From Patescibacteria group bacterium (GTDB taxonomy: Bacteria > Patescibacteriota > Microgenomatia > UBA8517), in NCBI GenBank assembly GCA_022868165.1, contig JALHYA010000004.1, positions 16,457-80,456 of the forward strand: a stretch of 64,000 bases of DNA, written 5' to 3'. Both the position numbers and the translations under genes were made by a program. Under the pieces are notes generated by a model. The model made no database searches, had not been told where the DNA came from, and saw nothing but the letters and a program-made list of their open reading frames with translations. Shown here piece after piece: positions 58,933-64,000 of the stretch (positions are counted from its first letter, which is position 1; every line of letters begins with the position of its first letter).

Positions 58933-59274
58933 CTATTTTCTTGAGAAGTAAAATTCTATTGTTCCCCCAAGAGCAAAGATAAAAAGAAGATTGAGAATGT
59001 TGCCAATTCCGAAATATCTAAGAATCAAAAATATCATTACACACAAGGTAGTAATGATCCCTCTTCTTGTATTTGCGAAAAGAATCGACAAGGTAAAAAG
59101 AAGAGAAAGAATAACCATAAAGAAAAAGACCGGAATAGCGCCAAACGTTTGTGGGTCTACAAAGTAAACGATCCCTGCAGTAACAACCCAGAGAACCATG
59201 GTGACAATCAGCGAAGGCAAAAAATTCTTTCTTCGAAGAATGGCCTGTTTTCTGAGTTCTTTCTTCATAACCAT
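58933..59274 (-). CDS. small membrane protein
   Basis: 113 aa with three or four hydrophobic helices. Confidence 0.55.
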   Translation of the reverse strand: MVMKKELRKQAILRRKNFLPSLIVTMVLWVVTAGIVYFVDPQTFGAIPVFFFMVILSLLFTLSILFANTRRGIITTLCVMIFLILRYFGIGNILNLLFIFALGGTIEFYFSRK

Positions 59275-59304
59275 ATTTTAACGGAAATGATACAATTGCG
59301 TACG

Positions 59305-60309
59305 ATGGACCCTCTTATTACTCTTGTTGTAGTTCTGGCGGCGCTGGTCGTCATCGCAGTTTTTATTAACAGAAAGCTGTCGGAATTGAAAGAGGCGCAG
59401 AAACCTTCGGAAGAACTTTTAGAAATAATTAAAATGCTTCAGACGGGTTCCAAAGAAGACAGAAGGGTTCTGTTGGATTCCCTACAGAAAAATACCCAAA
59501 GCCTGAATGAAAGGCTTGATAATGCCGCAAGGGTTATTTCCCAGGTCCAAAGAAATTTGGGTGAAATGAGCGAAGTTGGAAAGGGAATAAGAACTTTGCA
59601 GGAATTTTTACAATCTCCAAAATTAAGAGGAGGTTTGGGAGAAGAAGTTTTGAAGGAAATGATTAGCCAAACCTTTCCCAAGAACGCCTTTCATTTGCAA
59701 TATCCTTTCAAATCTGGGTTTAAGGTTGATGCTGTTTTGAAAACCGAAGCAGGGCTTTTGTGTATCGACTCGAAATTTCCCATGGAGAACTTTAACGTCA
59801 TGCTTAAAGGGGAAACCGAAGCTGAAAGAAATGCTGGGAAAAAACAATTTGCCGCCGACGTTAAGAAACACATAGAAGATATCTCAAGAAAATACATCTT
59901 GCCCGAAGAAGGAACAATGGATTTTGCCCTAATGTATATCCCCTCCGAGGCGGTTTATTACGAAGTTGTAAACATCCAGGAGCTAAGCAATTTTGCCAGA
60001 AGATTAAGGGTCTATCCCGTATCTCCAAACACCCTCTATGCGCATCTTCAGGTCTTACTTTTATCCTTTGAAGGAAAAGATTTGGAGACAAAATCGCGCG
60101 AGGTATTCAGAATCCTTAGGGCAATTCAGAAAGATTACTCAAAGGTTGGGGAGAATTTGGGAGTTCTGCAAAAGCACCTAAACAACGCTTACAACATAAT
60201 GAGTTCCGTTATTACATCTTTTGTCCAGCTTGGACAAAAGATTACTTCAACCCAAAGCCTGGGGGCGGGAGTTAAAAAAGAAAAGCTTTTGGAAACCAAA
60301 GAGAAGTGA
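59305..60309 (+). CDS. rmuC: DNA recombination protein RmuC
   Basis: Has an N-terminal TM helix, a coiled coil, then LRGGLGEEVLKEMI...VDAVLKTEAGLLCIDSKFP...DFALMYIPSEAVYYE. TACAAT (59291-59296) lies 8 nt before ATG 59305, and ATG 59287 is an alternative start. Confidence 0.8.
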   Translation: MDPLITLVVVLAALVVIAVFINRKLSELKEAQKPSEELLEIIKMLQTGSKEDRRVLLDSLQKNTQSLNERLDNAARVISQVQRNLGEMSEVGKGIRTLQEFLQSPKLRGGLGEEVLKEMISQTFPKNAFHLQYPFKSGFKVDAVLKTEAGLLCIDSKFPMENFNVMLKGETEAERNAGKKQFAADVKKHIEDISRKYILPEEGTMDFALMYIPSEAVYYEVVNIQELSNFARRLRVYPVSPNTLYAHLQVLLLSFEGKDLETKSREVFRILRAIQKDYSKVGENLGVLQKHLNNAYNIMSSVITSFVQLGQKITSTQSLGAGVKKEKLLETKEK

Positions 60310-63227
60310 GCAACTTCGAAAAAAAATTAAACAAAGAACAGCAGGAAGCGATAAAACATAAGGCAGGCCCACTTTTGATTATCGCCGGTGCGGGAACCGG
60401 CAAAACCACAGTTATAACCGAACGGATTAAATATATTATTCTTTCCAAGCTTGCCAAACCCGACGAAATTTTAGCACTTACATTTACGGAGAAAGCGGCA
60501 AGAGAAATGGAAGAAAGAGTCGACGTTGCAATGCCCTACGGATATACCCAGATGTGGATTTCTACATTTCATTCCTTTTGCGACAGGATTTTAAGAAGAG
60601 AGGCGCTTCATATTGGTCTTGACCCGAAATACAAATTAATGGGCGAGGCGGAAACTATCCAGCTAATCCGGAATAATTTATTTAAATTCGACCTGGATTA
60701 TTTTAGACCGCTAGGAAATCCCAATAAATTTATTGGAGGAATGCTTCAACATTTTTCCAGACTTCAGGACGAAGATGTTTCCCCAATTCAATATATGGAC
60801 TGGGTCAAAAAACAAAAAACCAAAGCCAAAAGAAAAAGCAAAGAAGAAAAATTGGAAATAACAAAATGGGAGGAACTTGCCAAAGCTTATAAGGCTTACG
60901 ATGAACTGAAAGTAAAAGAGGGATTCATGGATTATGGAGATTTGATAGTCAAAGCCTTAAAACTTTTTAAAGAAAGGAAAAATATTTTGAGGCAGTATCA
61001 AGAACAATTTAGATATCTTCTAATTGATGAATTTCAGGACACAAACTTTGCTCAAAATGGGTTGTCCGTGCTTTTATCAGGACTTAAGAAAAACATAACG
61101 GTGGTTGGGGATGATGACCAATCAATTTACCGCTTTAGGGGCGCCGCAGTCTCCAACATTATCCAGTTTCGCAAAAATTTCCCAAGGACGAAAGTTATTG
61201 TTCTTACTAAAAACTATCGTTCTACCCAGGAAATTTTGGACAAATCCTACGCTCTTATCCAACACAATAATCCGGATAGGTTGGAGTCGGTTGAAAAAAT
61301 AGACAAGCATCTGGTTTCCCAAGTCGCAAAAGATGGGGAGGAGATTAAATTTATTCATTCCGACAGAGTTGAAAACGAAGCGGACTCGGTTGCCAAAAAA
61401 ATTCAGGAACTTATTAAAGAAGAAGACTATGAATTTAGACATTTTGCTATTTTGGTTCGTGCCAATAATCACGCGGAGCCTTTCGTCCGCGCATTTCAAC
61501 GCCACGGAATCCCCTCTCAATTTTTGGGACCGGGGAGGCTTTTTAAACAGCCGGAGGTAGTGGATCTGATTTCATATTTGAAGGTTCTTTACAACTTCGG
61601 GGATTCGGTGGCTTTTTACAGATTATTATCGATTGAATATTTTGATATATCGGCCAGGGACCTGGCGATGGTAGGCAACTATGCGAAACGGCTCAGACTT
61701 TCTCTTTTTGAGGCCTGCGAAAAAGTTGACGATATTTTTGTTTCAAACGAAACAAAGGAAAAAGTAAAAAAAGTAATTGGCGTTATCGATAAACACCTGA
61801 AGCTTGTAAGAAAAGAAACTGCGGGGCAGCTTCTTTATTATTTTCTGGAAGATACGGGGCTCTTGCAAAAACTTCTTAATCCCAACTCTCCCGATACGGA
61901 AAAAAGGGCAGCAAACATTTCCAAGTTTTTCGACAGATTAAAAACTTATGAAGTCGACCACGAAGATGCGACCATTCCGGCAGTAGTTGATTGGATAGAA
62001 CTTTCGTCGGAATTGGGCGAATCTCCGTTGGCTGCGGATACGGATTGGACAGACATAAATGCCGTAAATATTTTAACGGCCCATTCTGCAAAGGGATTGG
62101 AGTTTCCAGTAGTGTTTTTGGTTAATCTTGTGGCGCAGCGATTCCCGACGATTGAAAGAAGGGAACAAATTCCGATTCCGGACGCTTTGGTTAAAGAAAT
62201 TTTGCCGGTCGGGGATTATCACCTGGAAGAAGAAAGAAGACTTTTCTATGTTGGAATGACCCGGGCCAAAGATTTGCTGTTCTTTACTGCTGCAGATTAT
62301 TACGGAGAAGGCAAAAGGGAAAAACGTCTCTCCCCTTTTATTTTTGAAACACTTGGAGATGAAGTTATTTCTTCCGAACAACTAACCTCCAACGTTAAGC
62401 AGCTGTCTTTCTTGGATTATGCCGCCCCCAAGATACCAGATACAAGATACGAAATACCTTCATTACACGTCGACTATCTTTCTTATTCCCAGATTGAAAC
62501 TTTCAGAACCTGCCCTTTGCATTACAAGCTTAAATATATTGTCAAGATTCCGACTCCGCCGTCTGCCTCTCAAAGTTTTGGAATTTCTATACATGCCGCC
62601 ATCAAAAGGTTTTTCGATTTAGTTGCTTTAGGTGAAAGGGCAAACGAGAAACTGATTTATAAATGTTTGGAAGGCAGTTGGGTGAAGGAAGGGTATTTGG
62701 ATAAAATCCATGAGAAAAAATTCTTCGAGAAAGGAAAAATTTATTTGTCGGGATTTCTAAAGGAAGGTTTTGACCCAGAAAATTTGCCGGAGGCGATGGA
62801 GCAGATGTTTACCGTTCCGATAATTTCAAAAGACAAAAAACAATATTTAAGAGTTGGCGGAAAGATTGATAGACTGGATGTTTTCCCTGACGGCTCAATA
62901 GAAATAATCGATTACAAAACCGGCGCGAGTATGCCTAAACAAAAAGAGCTGGAAAACAATCTTCAACTTTCGTTTTATGCACTTGCCGCGACTAGTATTC
63001 CAGATAAACCATTCGGAAGACTGCCGGAAAAAATAAAACTTACACTTTATTTTCTTGACCAGCAACAGAAGTTTTCGACCACAAGAACAAAAGAAGACTT
63101 GGAAAAGGCGAAGGAAGAAATTTTCAAAACTAAAGAGGAAATAGAAAAATCAGATTTCAAATGTTCTGGCCACATGTTTTGCCAAAACAACTGTGAGTAT
63201 TCACTTTTCTGTAGGGTCCAAGAGTAA
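60306..63227 (+). CDS. UvrD/PcrA-type helicase fused to a C-terminal PD-(D/E)XK (Cas4/AddB-like) nuclease domain with Cys cluster
   Basis: 973 aa with LNKEQQEAI..IIAGAGTGKTTV, LLIDEFQDTN and VGDDDQSIYRFRGA. The C-terminus has FRTCPLHYKLKY...IEIIDYKTG...CSGHMFCQNNCEYSLFC. Confidence 0.8.
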   Translation: MSNFEKKLNKEQQEAIKHKAGPLLIIAGAGTGKTTVITERIKYIILSKLAKPDEILALTFTEKAAREMEERVDVAMPYGYTQMWISTFHSFCDRILRREALHIGLDPKYKLMGEAETIQLIRNNLFKFDLDYFRPLGNPNKFIGGMLQHFSRLQDEDVSPIQYMDWVKKQKTKAKRKSKEEKLEITKWEELAKAYKAYDELKVKEGFMDYGDLIVKALKLFKERKNILRQYQEQFRYLLIDEFQDTNFAQNGLSVLLSGLKKNITVVGDDDQSIYRFRGAAVSNIIQFRKNFPRTKVIVLTKNYRSTQEILDKSYALIQHNNPDRLESVEKIDKHLVSQVAKDGEEIKFIHSDRVENEADSVAKKIQELIKEEDYEFRHFAILVRANNHAEPFVRAFQRHGIPSQFLGPGRLFKQPEVVDLISYLKVLYNFGDSVAFYRLLSIEYFDISARDLAMVGNYAKRLRLSLFEACEKVDDIFVSNETKEKVKKVIGVIDKHLKLVRKETAGQLLYYFLEDTGLLQKLLNPNSPDTEKRAANISKFFDRLKTYEVDHEDATIPAVVDWIELSSELGESPLAADTDWTDINAVNILTAHSAKGLEFPVVFLVNLVAQRFPTIERREQIPIPDALVKEILPVGDYHLEEERRLFYVGMTRAKDLLFFTAADYYGEGKREKRLSPFIFETLGDEVISSEQLTSNVKQLSFLDYAAPKIPDTRYEIPSLHVDYLSYSQIETFRTCPLHYKLKYIVKIPTPPSASQSFGISIHAAIKRFFDLVALGERANEKLIYKCLEGSWVKEGYLDKIHEKKFFEKGKIYLSGFLKEGFDPENLPEAMEQMFTVPIISKDKKQYLRVGGKIDRLDVFPDGSIEIIDYKTGASMPKQKELENNLQLSFYALAATSIPDKPFGRLPEKIKLTLYFLDQQQKFSTTRTKEDLEKAKEEIFKTKEEIEKSDFKCSGHMFCQNNCEYSLFCRVQE

Positions 63228-63548
63228 GTCAAAAATTCCAAGACTTCCTTTAATATTAATCGGTGGGTTAATAGGGCGAATATTTCTAAGAAACCAACTG
63301 TAAGCTCCGGGATAAATTTTTATACAAGCTTTCTTTTCGTGCCCTTTCGTCATTCGTTTTATATCGTAAAGCTCGACTATACACAGCGCTTTTCCGAAAG
63401 GTTCTATTTTGGGGTTTTGTGAAGAGCAGATTACCAAATCACCGCGATAGTTCGTTGACCATTTTCTGGTTTCAATGGTTTTCTTTCCGGAAGTCACCAA
63501 ATTTGCCCAGGGCTGCTTCAACGAAATTGCCTTATGAACTCTTTTCAT
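63201..63548 (-). CDS. ASCH-domain protein
   Basis: 115 aa. AISLKQPWANLVTSGKKTIETRKW fits the ASCH N-terminal motif. Confidence 0.55.
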   Translation of the reverse strand: MKRVHKAISLKQPWANLVTSGKKTIETRKWSTNYRGDLVICSSQNPKIEPFGKALCIVELYDIKRMTKGHEKKACIKIYPGAYSWFLRNIRPINPPINIKGSLGIFDLLLDPTEK

Positions 63549-64000
63549 AATAGAGCTATTCTACTTTTAACAAATGCTCCCGAATATTCAACCTCATATC
63601 CTCCAAAACTTTTCTTGAAATGGGTAAAGCCCAGCCAGGTTTTATTGGGAAACCGTTCATCATAAATTCCTTCAAAATCAAAAATTCTTGCACCTTTTTT
63701 TTTCGCCCAGAGAATTCCTTCCCAAACTACTTTGTATTGATAAAGTTTCTTGCGCCCTTCTTTGTTTGCAAAAGCTTGCCAGTAATAAGCAATGCCGTCG
63801 GCCAATAAAAATATTGCCCCGGATGAACCGTCGGCCGTCATTATAAACAAAGAGTTTTTCTTAAAAGATTTCTTGAGAGCTTTTAAATGAGCAAGTGGCG
63901 GAACATAGCGTTTTAATCCGACTGACCTTTTCCAGGCATTTCTAAAATCTTCCGGAGAGGCAAAACCAGTGGCGATGTTCTCATTTTGCCGGACTGCGCG
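63545..64000 (-). CDS. FemAB-like/GNAT-fold peptidoglycan bridge-formation family protein, C-terminal part (5' end outside window)
   Basis: The frame stays open to the window edge. YYWQAFANKEGRKKLYQYKVVWEGILWAKKKGARIFDFEGI...FTHFKKSFGG resembles the FemAB C-terminal half. Confidence 0.45.
   Translation of the reverse strand, partial: RAVRQNENIATGFASPEDFRNAWKRSVGLKRYVPPLAHLKALKKSFKKNSLFIMTADGSSGAIFLLADGIAYYWQAFANKEGRKKLYQYKVVWEGILWAKKKGARIFDFEGIYDERFPNKTWLGFTHFKKSFGGYEVEYSGAFVKSRIALL

Overview
The gene content points to an origin-proximal chromosomal segment of a small-genome, CPR/Patescibacteria-like bacterium. This is an inference: there are T4SS-type mini-pilins, DUF4012, VanW, many GT-C membrane glycosyltransferases, very tight gene packing and mostly no Shine-Dalgarno sequences. 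The layout has six parts. (1) 1-14737 is a type-IV-secretion-like apparatus cluster. It holds four tandem pilin paralogs, a VirB6-like protein, a PrgI/VirB3-like protein, a VirB4-like ATPase and large orphan secreted or membrane proteins. (2) 14734-21657 is the classical origin neighbourhood: dnaN and dnaA on the minus strand, then rpmH-rnpA-yidD-yidC-jag on the plus strand. (3) Housekeeping genes follow (rplY, valS, tsaD, groES/EL, metG, rmuC, a UvrD-like helicase-nuclease, two tRNAs). (4) 29133-33265 is a block of secreted or surface proteins, ending in a protein with thrombospondin-type-1-like Cys repeats. (5) 33266-39508 is a 6.2-kb accessory island bracketed by a perfect 119-bp direct repeat. 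It carries two adenylate-kinase-like genes (one fused to GTP cyclohydrolase II), a YjjX-type ITP/XTPase, a DegT aminotransferase, a DUF2156-type aminoacyl-tRNA-dependent transferase homolog, an atypical tRNA-Thr, a GreA-like factor and one orphan. I could not see any recombinase gene in it. (6) 50235-57091 is a polyprenyl-phosphate glycan cluster. Two repeat families are not explained by the genes. One is a heptamer-periodic, palindromic GGAAGTT-type element. It flanks a four-helix-bundle gene and sits in-frame inside tsaD. The other is a ~110-nt structured module found directly 5' of four start codons, with compensatory stem changes between copies. All functional calls come from motif recognition by eye. 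No database search, HMM or folding program was run.
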